NCBI RefSeq assembly: GCF_006345805.1
Contig: NC_043001.1
Span: 11,346,001 to 11,410,000, forward strand
Source: Octopus sinensis
Lineage: Eukaryota
DNA length: 64,000 nt
Direction of reading: 5' to 3'
This document shows positions 12,733 to 24,456 of this stretch, piece after piece; position 1 is the first letter of the stretch, and each line of letters opens with the position of its first letter. The translations under genes and the position numbers were made by a program. The notes beneath the pieces were generated by a model, which worked only from the letters and a program-made list of their open reading frames with translations, had not been told where the DNA came from and did no database searches.

Positions 12733-12973
12733 TAGAAAAAATAAATTAGGGAACATATCGGGTTTGTGTGGTTAAGAAATTCGCTTCGAGCCCCACGGTT
12801 GCCCATTTGATTCTACACAGCAAAGTTCTTCGCTAAGCTTTGTGAGTGAAAATTAACAGAGGGTATCGGTGAGAAACTGTCTAGAAAAAGCTAAAAGATA
12901 ATCACTATCAGTCACATACCCTCTCTATATCCAGGGTTAAGCTCGCCAAGATTCTGCAATTACCTCTGTCTTC

Positions 12974-13128
12974 CAGTTCGGTATTTAAGAGATGAGGAAT
13001 TATTTACATTATTTACATTTGACAGGTATTTGTCCTCATCTTGTTTGTTGTTATACCCAGACTTCCTCAGGTGTCTTGGGTTCTCATTTCTAAGGTATTT
13101 TTCGCTGTTGTTATTATCATTATTATTA

Positions 13129-13170
<42 letters not shown>

Positions 13171-13269
13171 TCAGGTCACTGCCTGGAATCGAACTCGGAA
13201 TCTTGGGGTTAAGAGCGCGGGCTACTAACCCCAAGATTCCGAGTTCGATTCCAGGCAGTGACCTGTATA

Positions 13270-13313
<44 letters not shown>

Positions 13314-13506
13314 TAATAATAATATAATAATAATAATAATAATAATAATGATAATAATAATAACATCGAAAAATACCTTAGGAATGAGAACCCAGGTTCA
13401 AAATTTCCCCAAGACACCTGATGAAGGCTGGAGAGTGTATCAGCCGAAATATTGTTTTAACAATAAAGAAGATGAGGACAAATATCCGTCAAATGTAAAT
13501 AATGTA
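12974..13506. mobile_element. Palindromic element P, copy 2
   Basis: Perfect 40-bp hairpin 13172-13211/13226-13265 (loop agagcgcgggctac), (TTA)n/(TAA)n spacers, inverted arms; left arm has a deletion through the HHR. Confidence 0.85.
13413..13458 (+). ncRNA. Minimal hammerhead motif (right arm of P copy 2)
   Basis: gacac CTGATGA a GGCTG gagagtgtat CAGCC GAAA tat t gtttt; stem III palindrome ATAT replaces ACGT. Confidence 0.65.
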
Positions 13507-13709
13507 TGTACTGGTGTTGATTCGTTCGATTAAACCCTGGAACGTAGTGCTCCAGCTTGGCTGCAATTCAATGACTAAAAGGCTAGAACAAGTAAATAAT
13601 AGATGTGGCCCTAATTTTCTTCATAAATACGAAATATTTCCTATCGTGGTGTTAAGCCATCATCAGCTTTTGTTTAATATTTGCTCTCTCCCGTCCTTGT
13701 TTTCTTACC

Positions 13710-13723
13710 CCGCTCTCTCTCTA

Positions 13724-13792
<69 letters not shown>

Positions 13793-13880
13793 CTATCTAT
13801 CCAGATATCTCTCTTTCTCTCTCTCTCTCTCTATCTATCTACCCAGCTATCTCTCTCTCTCTCTCTCTCTCTCTATCTAC

Positions 13881-13970
<90 letters not shown>

Positions 13971-13990
13971 GTTTATCTCTCTCTCTGTAT
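13710..13990. repeat. (TCTA)n/(TC)n microsatellite
   Basis: Direct reading. Confidence 0.95.
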
Positions 13991-14669
13991 ATGTGCGCAT
14001 ATATGTATCACGAGTACCACGGAAAAAACTCTTACAAATCCGTTACATCTGCCATGAATAACAACCAAATCTATCCCAAATAACGGCCTACTGTCTTGAC
14101 ATATCAATGGAAGATTAAATAACTTACTCTTAGGCATATTTCGCCTGAAATAAAAAAGAAATTCTCATATTCTCTCTGTGTTGTTTTGGTCGTAGTCTTC
14201 TAAAATGGATTTAAAATAACAAAAGAGGCTAGAAAAAAAACGTATAGAAATCTTGAGATTGATCGATGCGAACAATAGAGTAACACAAGAGAATGGCACT
14301 TAGGAAAGTGAAGGAGGAGGGTGAAATAGAATAAATTTAAATGAAATGAAAGACAAAATATATTAAGGAGTAAAAAAAATGTAAAAATATATGAGGAAGT
14401 TTAGTTTTCGGTATAGATTTAGAGATAGAAAAGTTTTAAAAGTTCATGAATTCAAGAGATTAAAGATACATAAAATGTTTATTGATATGGAACTAGATAT
14501 AAGAGTAGATAAGGAGATAAATAAGTAGATAGAGAGAAGGGCAGATCGATCGATAGAAAGATAGGTAGATAGACGGACAAATAAAACGACAGATAGATAG
14601 ACAAATTAACCGACAGTCAGACAGACAGACAGATAGATGGATAGATAGATAAATAAACTGACAGATAAG

Positions 14670-14762
14670 TTCTTTTATTAGCCACACAGGGACACAGAGG
14701 AAAGATAGATAGATAGATAGATAGACAAATAAAACGACAGAGAAATATACCGACAGACAGAC

Positions 14763-14859
<97 letters not shown>

Positions 14860-15267
14860 TAGATAGATAGACAAATAAAACGACAGACAAATAAATAACT
14901 TTTTTTATTGGATATACAGGGCTGAACACAGAGGGGACAAATACAAATGTAGAACTTTTCTTTTCGAAAATGAAAAAGAAAAAGGGGGAAAAAACAGGAA
15001 AAGAGTCAAATTCCGAGATAGATAGACAAATAAAACAACAGATAGATAGATAGATAGATAGATAGATCGACAGACAGGCAGATAGAGAGATATAATTTTC
15101 GTTATTAGCCACACAGGGCCCAACACAAAAGGGGAAAAATACAATGTAGAGCTTTTATTTTCGAAAAAAATAAAGAAAATTCCGATCAAAAGGGATCCTG
15201 TAAAAAAACAGAAAACGATGAAAAGGGATCGTGTATCACGTAGAGAAATAAACCTACAAACAGACAA

Positions 15268-15362
<95 letters not shown>

Positions 15363-15525
15363 TGTTTCTTTATTAGCCACACAGGGCTGCACACAGACGG
15401 GACAAATTACAAAGTAGAGCTTTTCTTTGGGGGAGAAAAAAAAAAGAAAAGTGGGGTAGGTTTTCGATCAAAAAGGATCGTAAAAAGATAAGAAAAAACG
15501 ATCAATAGGGATCGTGTATCACAGA
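14670..15525 (-). repeat. Four diverged copies of repeat G alternating with (GATA)n/(TA)n
   Basis: ttagccacacaggg..acacaga.gggacaaat recurs at ~14678, ~14908, ~15103, ~15372. Confidence 0.7.
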
Positions 15526-16023
15526 AATGTCATGATGTAAAGTGTAAAGGGGGAAGCAGATAAGGTTTATCCGTGGAAAGAAAAGCCTACAGAAAAGACC
15601 ACGGTAACCTCGGTCAATAATGTCACATGTTAACACATGTATTTGCAAGTAAGTAACTCTCTGTTTTAAATTTTTCTGGGTTCATACGATTATGCTCAAG
15701 GTGGCTTCGTCATTCATACGTGCAATCTTTGCTACATTCACCCATCTTTTTTTGAAACATTCGCTAGACAAAACTTGCCTCTCTACTCTCACTTTCCTTT
15801 TCAAGTGATACTTGAAGAAGTTGATGAAAGATTGACCAGAGAGGAAAGTGTTTGTCTCTAATCCTTTCAGGCGCGTTCACCAGATACATTCTTTCGCCAT
15901 AGCCACGAGTATGATGAAAATAGCTCTTCCTTCCCGTTTGAAGGAAGGAGGCGTGACGATATTGACGATAGACTCGGCTGATAAACCGACTCGTTCCAGA
16001 CGTGACAGCAGGCAGTCGTTCGA

Positions 16024-16024
16024 C

Positions 16025-16116
<92 letters not shown>
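16024..16116. repeat. (GATA)n microsatellite
   Basis: Direct reading. Confidence 0.97.
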
Positions 16117-16117
<1 letters not shown>

Positions 16118-16632
16118 CTAATAAAACAACAGCAGACAGTCAGAACAACGCATTATACTAGCAACAATATCACTCCCAGTGTTATAGAAATATATCAATA
16201 TCTTACCATGGTAAATTAATAATATAGAATAAAAGATTGGTTTTAATTAAATCAGTTTGAAATCTAATACGTCCGTTTCATATACGTCCTTGTTATGTAT
16301 AATCATTGAATATCTGATGAGCAAAATTAATCATCATTTAATTAAAATTTCTATTTATGAAGAACTTAGAAATTCAAGAATATAAGAATGTTTGCTGCTT
16401 GTAATAGCAGTGAACCGCTAATAAACGATATAAACGGATGTTTCAGCTGTATCGTGTCTCCAGTAAGAGTGTCTGAGGACATTCTTTACCACTTCAACTG
16501 AATGAAGGTGCGGGGTTAAAATAATTGGACCGCTTTCGTTGATACAAATAACCACACAGAACACTAGTCTCACAAATAATGCTGGAAGATAATATCATTT
16601 AAGAGGATCTCTATAAAACGTAATCGTTCCAA

Positions 16633-16802
16633 AATATTGTTTTCTCCTCTAGGCAGAAGGCCCGAAATGTTTGGGGAGGAGGCCAGTCGATTAGATCGAT
16701 ACCAGTATGCAACTGGTACTTTATTTAGCGATCCCGAAAGGATATAAAGCAAAGTCAACCTCAGCGGAATTTGAACTCAGAACGTAGCAACGGGTAAAAT
16801 AC
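16633..16802 (-). mobile_element. SINE-A subfamily with alternative tail
   Basis: A body joined to ccagtcgattagatcg...ggcccgaaat...ctagg tail; similar at ~17.9-18.1, 33.55-33.69, 49.1-49.3, 57.0-57.25 kb. Confidence 0.75.
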
Positions 16803-16933
16803 AAGATCATGCGCTGTTTATCTTAATAAGAGATCGCGCACATATGAATGTCATTTATGTGCATGAGGGGTTTAATGGGCAGCGTATTTGATGGTATCGG
16901 CTGCTCCCTCACGCAGTAATAATAATAATAATG

Positions 16934-16967
<34 letters not shown>

Positions 16968-17184
16968 CAACAACAACAGCAGCAACTCTAATAATAATGA
17001 TAATTGATGCAGTACCAAGCAGTGGCTCTCATGGTTTCTGATCTTAACTGATCGAAAGTGTTATCATGTACATTGTTTTGTCTTGGTATAAAAAAACAGT
17101 CTATAGCAAATATTCTGCTCAATACCACAGATTTGCTTATCAGTTGTTTGACCTTAACCAATAATAATGATAATAATAATAATG

Positions 17185-17230
<46 letters not shown>

Positions 17231-17276
17231 TAATAATGATGATAATGATGATGATGATGATGATAATATTAATAGA

Positions 17277-17325
<49 letters not shown>

Positions 17326-17822
17326 GAAAGCAACCATAACGAGAAAGCAACCATACTCTGGGATATGCCGATACACACAGATAGAGAAATTAAGGCCAAC
17401 AGACCAGATATAGTTGTCAGAGACCATGAAGAAAAAAAATGCTTTCTAATTGATGTATCAGTACCGGCAGATGATAACGTGTCTCTAAAAGAAATGGAGA
17501 AACTCTCAAAATACAAAGACCTGGAAATAGAGGTAACTAGAATGTGGAATCTGAAAACAGAAACAATTCCTATCATAGTAGGTGCATTAGGCATGATAAA
17601 AAAATATTCAGACAAATACAATAACAAAAACACCAGGACTTACAAACACATATAACCTACAGAAATTGCACTACTAGGCCACTGCACACATCCTACGCAG
17701 AACACTTTCCATACAATAACCATCAGAGGCATCACAACAAATCACAGCACATACCCAAGGCACACAGAGCTGCGCTCGGTAGTTGAAGTGAAAAGCACGC
17801 TATAAAAATAAAAATAAAACTA

Positions 17823-17825
<3 letters not shown>
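17326..17825 (+). mobile_element. 5'-truncated R4/Dong-like non-LTR retrotransposon (restriction-like endonuclease C-terminus and 3' UTR) in (TAA)n
   Basis: WDMPIHTDREIKANRPDIVVRDHEEKKCFLIDVSVPADDNVSLKEMEKLSKYKDLEIEVTRMW...PIIVGALG (PD..D..K RLE motif), then frameshifted QKIALLG..HILR; (TAA)n on both flanks. Confidence 0.88.
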
Positions 17826-17867
<42 letters not shown>

Positions 17868-18445
17868 GACGATGATAGTTTCAAATTTTTGCACAAAGCT
17901 AGCAGTTTTAGGGGAGAAGTAGAGTTTATTACATCGATCCAAGTACTTGACAGCTGTTTATTCTATCGACCCCCAAAATGATGAGAAGCAAAGGTAATGT
18001 GGGGGAAATTGAAACTCAGAATGTAAAAATCCGGATTAAATGTCACAAAGCATTTTGTCCGACGCTCTAACGATTCTGTCAACTCGTTCCCTAATAATAA
18101 AAAAATATTGTTTCTAATTAAGCCCCAAGACAAGCAATTACGAGGAAAGAGGATTAGGCGATAACATCAGCCTCAATATTTGACTGTTATTATATTTTTT
18201 TGATTTTAGCGAGTTGAAGGGCAAGGCTGACCGCGACAGGATTTGAAACCAGACTGCGCAGGGTTAAGAAATACTGCCAGGCATCTTATCCAGTACTCAG
18301 ATGATTGTGCCTGATGAAAATGATATGGTGGTGTACTGACCTTTGGCGTGCGAATGTCAGTAAACCGCTTCCTAGAAAAGAATGGTGAACTATTTAAATA
18401 TGCTGCAACAGAATTGGGATTACTTGTGCTGAACTTCAAGAGGAA

Positions 18446-18476
<31 letters not shown>

Positions 18477-18499
18477 TAAGTATCCCTAAGCAGAATTAT

Positions 18500-18860
18500 T
18501 TCTAAAAGACAGGAATCGCCAGAAGAAATGGAGAAACATGGATATATTCACGGAGGTACCAATCGTGTGAAAAATCATGACAGATGGGAAGAATCGCTCC
18601 GGAGTAAATATTTAAAGAGAGAAAACCGAAGTTTCTTACTGGTCGCTCAAAGTCAAGCTTAAAACATTGATTCAGTGAATAAAATATTTATTTCACTTCT
18701 TTACAAGTGTGGCCAATATAATCAGCGATCGGAATATAGTGTTCATATTGAGGAGGCTGCGAAATGTTTAGCTCAAGAAACTCCATCATAAATTTGTCTC
18801 AATTTATGCAGGCAACATTGTAAGAAATATCGATACAATAATTCAGAACAACTGCTGGAA
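18500..18860 (+). mobile_element. Decayed R4/Dong-like fragment (post-RT and zinc-knuckle region)
   Basis: DRWEESLRSKYLKRENRSFLLVAQSQA* and EYSVHIEEAAKCLAQE..CKKY resemble R4-clade LKxETExxxxAAQDQAL and ETxxHxxxxCxxLA. Confidence 0.55.
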
Positions 18861-18864
18861 TATA

Positions 18865-18922
<58 letters not shown>

Positions 18923-18957
18923 TTTTATATAATATATATATACATACATACATACAT

Positions 18958-19001
<44 letters not shown>

Positions 19002-19015
19002 ATATATATATCTAT

Positions 19016-19051
<36 letters not shown>

Positions 19052-19052
<1 letters not shown>

Positions 19053-19684
19053 GGCGTAGGAGTGGCTGTGTGGTAATTAGCTTGCTTATCAATCACATAG
19101 TTCTTGGTTCAGTCCCACTGCGTGGCACCTTGCCAAGTGTCTTCTTCTACTATAGCCTCGGGCCCACCAAGCCTTGTGAGTGGATTTGGTTTACGGAAAC
19201 TTAAAGAGCCATCGTATATATGTATGTATATATATATATTATATACGTTTAAATATTTGTTTGTTGCAAGATTTTTATGTGAATCGTGTGGTTGAAACAG
19301 ATATTGTTATATTCGGATGGTCATATTGCCAGTTTTATTAGCTAACTACTGGCAATATGACCATTCCGAAATTAACAATATACATATATATATATATATA
19401 TATATCTATATATATATATATATAATATATATATATATATGTATGTTGTGTGTGTGTGTGTGTGGTGTGTGTGTGTGTGTAATGTTTTGTGGTGTCCTGT
19501 GTTATCCCCTTCAACCGATGCTGGTGTGTTACGGTCCCCGTAACTTAGCAGGTCGGCAAAGAGACCGATAGAATAGTCCCTAGGCTTACAAACTATAAGT
19601 CCTGGGTTCCATTTGCTCGATTAAAGGCGGTGCTCCAGTATGGCCACAGTCAATGACTGAAACAAGTAAAAGAGTAAAAAGAGT
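19052..19684 (+). mobile_element. SINE-C full copy with expanded internal (TA)/(TG) tract
   Basis: aggcgtaggagtggctgtgtggtaa head, CORE-like ccttg(g/c)caagtgtcttc, tail ...gactgaaacaagtaaaagag. Confidence 0.88.
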
Positions 19685-19692
19685 ATATATAT

Positions 19693-19728
<36 letters not shown>

Positions 19729-19820
19729 ATAATAATAATATTAGGGAATAAATCCAAATTTACAGGGAAAATCAGATTTAGGATTGAATCCAATTTTATA
19801 GTAAAATATAATCTATATTA

Positions 19821-19994
19821 TTAGAGACAAAACCACTATTGCAAATCAAACCAAGAAATACTTAATCCAATAACATAAAAAATTTTAATATAAATTAAAT
19901 AAATTAGTTAATTTTATTTATTTATATAAAATTTTTTATGTATTGGATTAAGTCTTTCTTTTTTTGATTTGCATAATAGTGGTTTTGTCTCTAA
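19821..19994. repeat. AT-rich fold-back palindrome
   Basis: ttagagacaaaaccactattgcaaatca...cttaatccaata / tattggattaag...tgatttgcataatagtggttttgtctctaa. Confidence 0.8.
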
Positions 19995-20029
<35 letters not shown>

Positions 20030-20044
20030 GATATACTTTCTACT

Positions 20045-20756
20045 CGGCTGGGGTCATGCTGGAGCAGCACCATGGTCTTTCTGGGTGTTTCACATCACCA
20101 CTCCTGTATGTGCCTTTTCCTCAGCTGTTGGTACATTTGATGTATAATTGAGTTTGATTCTGCCAGCCCTCGTCTGTACCTCATGCCGTGCTGTTGGTTC
20201 ATCCGGCATTGTGGAGAGGAGGATGTCTAATTCCTTTTTGAAGACATCTACTTCCACCTTATGCAAATTTCTTAATTTTTGCCGCAGCGCATTGAAAAGC
20301 TGTGGACCTTTGAACCCTAGACTATTGGAATACCTAGTTCTGAATTTAGATGGAAAAGACGGTACCTTTGGTACAGTGCAATGGCGGCCAGTTCTAGCAC
20401 TTGATTTGCATTCAATGCCAAAGTTAGGTACTAGCCCTTCAAGGATTTTCCATATGTATATGATTGCGTATCTGTCACGCCTTCACTCCAAGGAGTAAAG
20501 CCGTAGTTTTCTCAGCCTATCCCTGTAGCTCATCCACTGCAGTGTATCAATCTCTTTAGTGTAGTGGTGTTGGACTGTTTCAAGCTCCGCTGTTAGTTTG
20601 GCACTATGTGGTGACCATAACTTGGAACAGTAATCCAGGCGGTCGAGAACTAAGATTCTCCACAGGGTCAATATACTTTCTTGGCCTGTTGTGTTGAAGG
20701 ATCTCAGTATCCATCGTGCCAGTTGTTTGCATTTTGCTGGTATCTTGCTTATGTGC

Positions 20757-20758
<2 letters not shown>
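20045..20758 (-). mobile_element. CR1-like LINE, 3' part of ORF2 and 3' end
   Basis: ARWILRSF..LTLWRILVLDRLDYCSKLWSPH..LETVQHHYTK..SYRDRLRKLRLYSLE*RRDR, continuing into GPQLFNAL..VFKKELD..PDEP. Confidence 0.88.
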
Positions 20759-20790
<32 letters not shown>

Positions 20791-21360
20791 ATAGAGGGAA
20801 ACCACTATGTGGACACCCTCATGCTAGAAATAGATCCGCTATGGTCTTACCACTAAGAAATGTTCTCAAGAAACATTTAGTAAAACAACCAAAACGTAAT
20901 CGGGCAAGACAAAAGAAAAACCAATAAAAATATGGATTATTCGCATACATGTTTCACTATTAACATATTACGTAATATTACTTACATACATGCCCGTAGA
21001 TCATCGGTGTGACCGTCCAGATGAATATAATTAGCAGGACTGCATACTAGGGCGTCCGCACAAAGTCAGATTTGTAAACAGTTCTGCCCGTTACACTCGT
21101 CGTTACTATTTCAAATGTCCTATTTTGGCGCGCTAAATTACCGGAAAAACTGATGCTGCAGATAATACTTTACTGTATATAATACAATTTTACTGATTTT
21201 ACTGAACCTTCAGTATTTTTTTATATGCTAGACCACTGGTGTGAAATCGATGTTAATTAAATTAATAACAAATTTCTCACCCTCATTTTGAATTTAAATC
21301 ATATATATATATATATATATATAATATTATATATATATATATATTATATATATTATACCC

Positions 21361-21581
21361 CTTACTCTTTTACTTGTTTCAGTCATTTGGCTGCGGCCAT
21401 GCTGGGGGCCACGCCATTTAATCGAGCAACTCGAACCCGGGACTTATTCTTTGTAAGCCCAGTACTTATTCTATCGGTCTCATTTGCCGAACCGCTAGAT
21501 GACGGGGACGTAAACACACCAGCATCGGTTATCAAGCAATGCTAGGGGCACAAACACAGACCACAAACATACATGCACACA

Positions 21582-21648
<67 letters not shown>

Positions 21649-21831
21649 GATATATATATACATATATACGACGGGCTTCTTTCAGTTTCCGTCTACCAAA
21701 TCCACTCACAAGGCTTTGGTCGGCCCGAGGCTATAGTAGAAGACACTTGCCCAATGTGCCACGCATTGGGACCGAACCCGGACCATGTGGTTGGTAAACA
21801 AGCTACTTACCACACAGCCACTTCTGCGCCT
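21361..21831 (-). mobile_element. SINE-C full copy
   Basis: Both halves present around an internal (CA)/(TA) tract. Confidence 0.9.
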
Positions 21832-21889
21832 ATATATATATGTTTGTATTAGAAAGGGTTGTAAACGAAGACGTAAACCAAAGCTTCTA

Positions 21890-22140
21890 TGAGATTTTGA
21901 CACCTGACAAAGAAAATAAAAGAACAGCGTATCAGATACAATCGTATATGATAAAAAGGAACAATGTCTCACTATAAGCGTTGCAATTTCTCCAGAAAAA
22001 AAAGTGTCGAGCACATAGTAGGAAAGATCTTGAAAAATCTTGATTAAATAATAGAAATGCCAAATATGTAGGTATACTCAGCATCAAAAATGAAATCCTA
22101 CCAGTTATTATATGGTAATTAGGTTCGATTGCTCCCAACA
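21890..22140 (+). mobile_element. Old R4/Dong-like endonuclease fragment
   Basis: DKENK..NNVSL..KDLE..KNEILPVIIW*LGSI aligns by eye with the 17.4-kb RLE (DHEEK..DNVSL..KDLE..KTETIPIIVGALGMI). Confidence 0.5.
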
Positions 22141-22315
22141 AACATCGAGTATAAGTGCAGGTGTGGTTGCGTGGTAAGACGTTTGCTTCCGAATTACATG
22201 GTTCCGGATTCAGTCCCATTACGTGGTACCTTGGGAAAGTGTCCGACCAATGCCTTGGTGGGAGTGAGTTTGGTAGACGGTAGCTGAAAGAATATTGTCC
22301 TATATATATATTTAT

Positions 22316-22489
22316 AGGCGTAGAAGTGGCTGTGTGGTAAGTAGCTTGCTTACCAACCACATGGTTCCGGGTTCAGTCCCACTGCGTGGTACCTTGGGCA
22401 AGTGTCTTCTATTATAGCCTTATAGCCTCGGGCCGACCAAAGCCTTGTATGTGGATTTAGTAGACGGAAACTGAAAGAAGCCCGTCGTA

Positions 22490-22520
<31 letters not shown>

Positions 22521-22742
22521 GTACGTGTGGGCATATGTTTGTGTGTCTGTGTCCCCCAAACATCGCTTGACAACCGATGCTGGTGTATTTACATCCCCGT
22601 AACTTAGCGGTTCGGCAAAGGAGACCGATAGAATAAGTTCTAGGCTTACATAGAATAAGTCCTGGAGTAGATTTACTTGACTATAGGCACTGATCCAGCA
22701 TGGTCACAGTCAAATGACTGAAACAAATAAAAAAGTAAAAGA

Positions 22743-22744
<2 letters not shown>
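22316..22744 (+). mobile_element. SINE-C full copy (preceded by a partial head at ~22160-22300)
   Basis: aggcgtagaagtggctgtgtggtaagtagcttg...gactgaaacaaataaaaaagtaaaagag. Confidence 0.9.
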
Positions 22745-22783
<39 letters not shown>

Positions 22784-22786
22784 AAT

Positions 22787-23098
22787 GGAGGCGCAATGGC
22801 CCAGTGGTTAGGGCAACGGACTCGCGGTCGTTGGATCACGGTTTCGATTCCCAGACCGAGTGTTGTGAGTGTTTATTGAGCGAAAACACCTGAAGCTCCA
22901 CGAGGCCTCGGCAGGGGGTGGTGGCGAACCCTGCTGTACTCTTTCGCTACAACTTCCTCACACTCTTTCTTCTGTTGGCCTGCTCGCTTGGCCAGCAGGG
23001 TGGCGTCATTTGAAGGCTAAAACAATGCGAAGCGCATTGTGACCAGCGATGTGTAGCAACATCTGATAGCGTGGTCGGTCACGGTGATCACGGTGATA
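22787..23098 (+). mobile_element. SINE-B (head B1, tail c)
   Basis: Tail ...gcgcattgtgaccagcgatgtgtagc...ggtcacggtgatcacggtgata; same as 52800-53103. Confidence 0.88.
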
Positions 23099-24008
23099 AT
23101 GATGTTAATTAGATGCTATACGAACTAGAAAACCCAGACAGAGAGAAAATAGCGGAAATGACGGCATTTATAATGCACAATGCAAAATTTGCGATCCAAA
23201 TATTACATTTACTTGAAGGTAGAGATTATGCAAGCAGAAATCTATTATAAAATACCTCCTGTAGGTGTACAAGTATATCTAGTAGATAATAAAGGACAAT
23301 CGATAAAAAATACCTATGAAATAAATACTAGAAAAACTGAAAAAATACTTTTTGTCTTCTGGGAAGTTAAGGAACACGAAACAGGAGCAGAACTGATGGG
23401 TAGTTATGAAAAAAGAAGAAGAGAAAGAATGAAAAACATCTAAGGATTCTTACAGGATTCTATGACAAAGCATTTTCAAGAAGTTGTGCATGGCCTGTTT
23501 CTGGATTAAAATAATCATTGAACCCGCTGAGAATAGATAAGAAAAATCGAAGTCAGTACTCAAAGGAATAAAAAAAAAGGTGTTTTATTGAAAACAGGAT
23601 CTACAGCTTCGCACCAGAAAATGACGTACGCATATAAACAAGAGAATGGGAAAGAAACTTTTAGCTGTGTTATGCTTGGCAGATCAGTCTTAACCAAATG
23701 AGGGCAAATTTATGTGCCTGACAGATCTGAGACTTGCATGTACTGACAATGACACCAATATTATTTAAAAAATCGATAGAAACGACCTGGTATAAATATA
23801 GACGCAAAAAGACAAAGCTTAAAGTATATATAAAACTAGAGGGTCCGGGAAATGAAGACTACTCGAGCGGATATTGTTGCCAAGGTTATCATATGTGCTT
23901 TTTAATCGAGAATATTCGTCTGCCCACTTCTGTCCGGCATTCGTCATGATTGATCGCTAGACACTAAACATTAAAAAAATTTTTGTCTCTCTGTTTATTT
24001 CTGTATTC

Positions 24009-24044
24009 CTTTCTGTTGAAGAGCGTAGGCTCGAAACGTAAAAG
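24009..24044 (+). ncRNA. Minimal hammerhead motif with A6U core change, in a PLE-terminus-like segment (~23960-24110)
   Basis: cttt CTGTTGA a GAGC gtag GCTC GAAA cgt a aaag. Confidence 0.6.
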
Positions 24045-24456
24045 ACTTTCCCACTTCACGAGCGTTAAACTAATACATCTGTTTGTGGTTTACACATCCG
24101 ACCCGTCTTATATATATATATAGATCAGTTGATCGACCGGACTATCACAAATATATGTATAAACATACATGCATATATATAAACACGCAACGCATATATA
24201 TATATATATGTCTGTGTGTGTGTACATGGGTTTCTGTATTTATCCCACCACCACTTCACAAACGGTGTGTGTTCCTTTACATTCATGCAGCTTACAAGGC
24301 GTTTGATGAAAGATACCGATAAAATAAGGAATAGACTTAAGAAATAAACACCGGAGTCGATTTGTTCTACAAAACCTTTCGTGGCGGCGCACCAGCATCG
24401 CCGCACTTCTGCGACTGAGAAAAGTAAACTATAAAAGATGCGCACACCATACAAGA

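Noticed and set aside
13201-13263. tRNA gene
   Set aside because: Lacks the 5' acceptor strand and a full D-arm; it is half of a transposon hairpin. SINE heads were also not called as tRNAs.
18206-18439. ORF containing LNPAQSGFKSCR (RT-like Q.GF motif)
   Set aside because: The surrounding sequence does not fit an RT; single short motif.
23100-23950. Possible decayed L1-like RT (..LLPRLSYVL)
   Set aside because: Too fragmented to support by eye.
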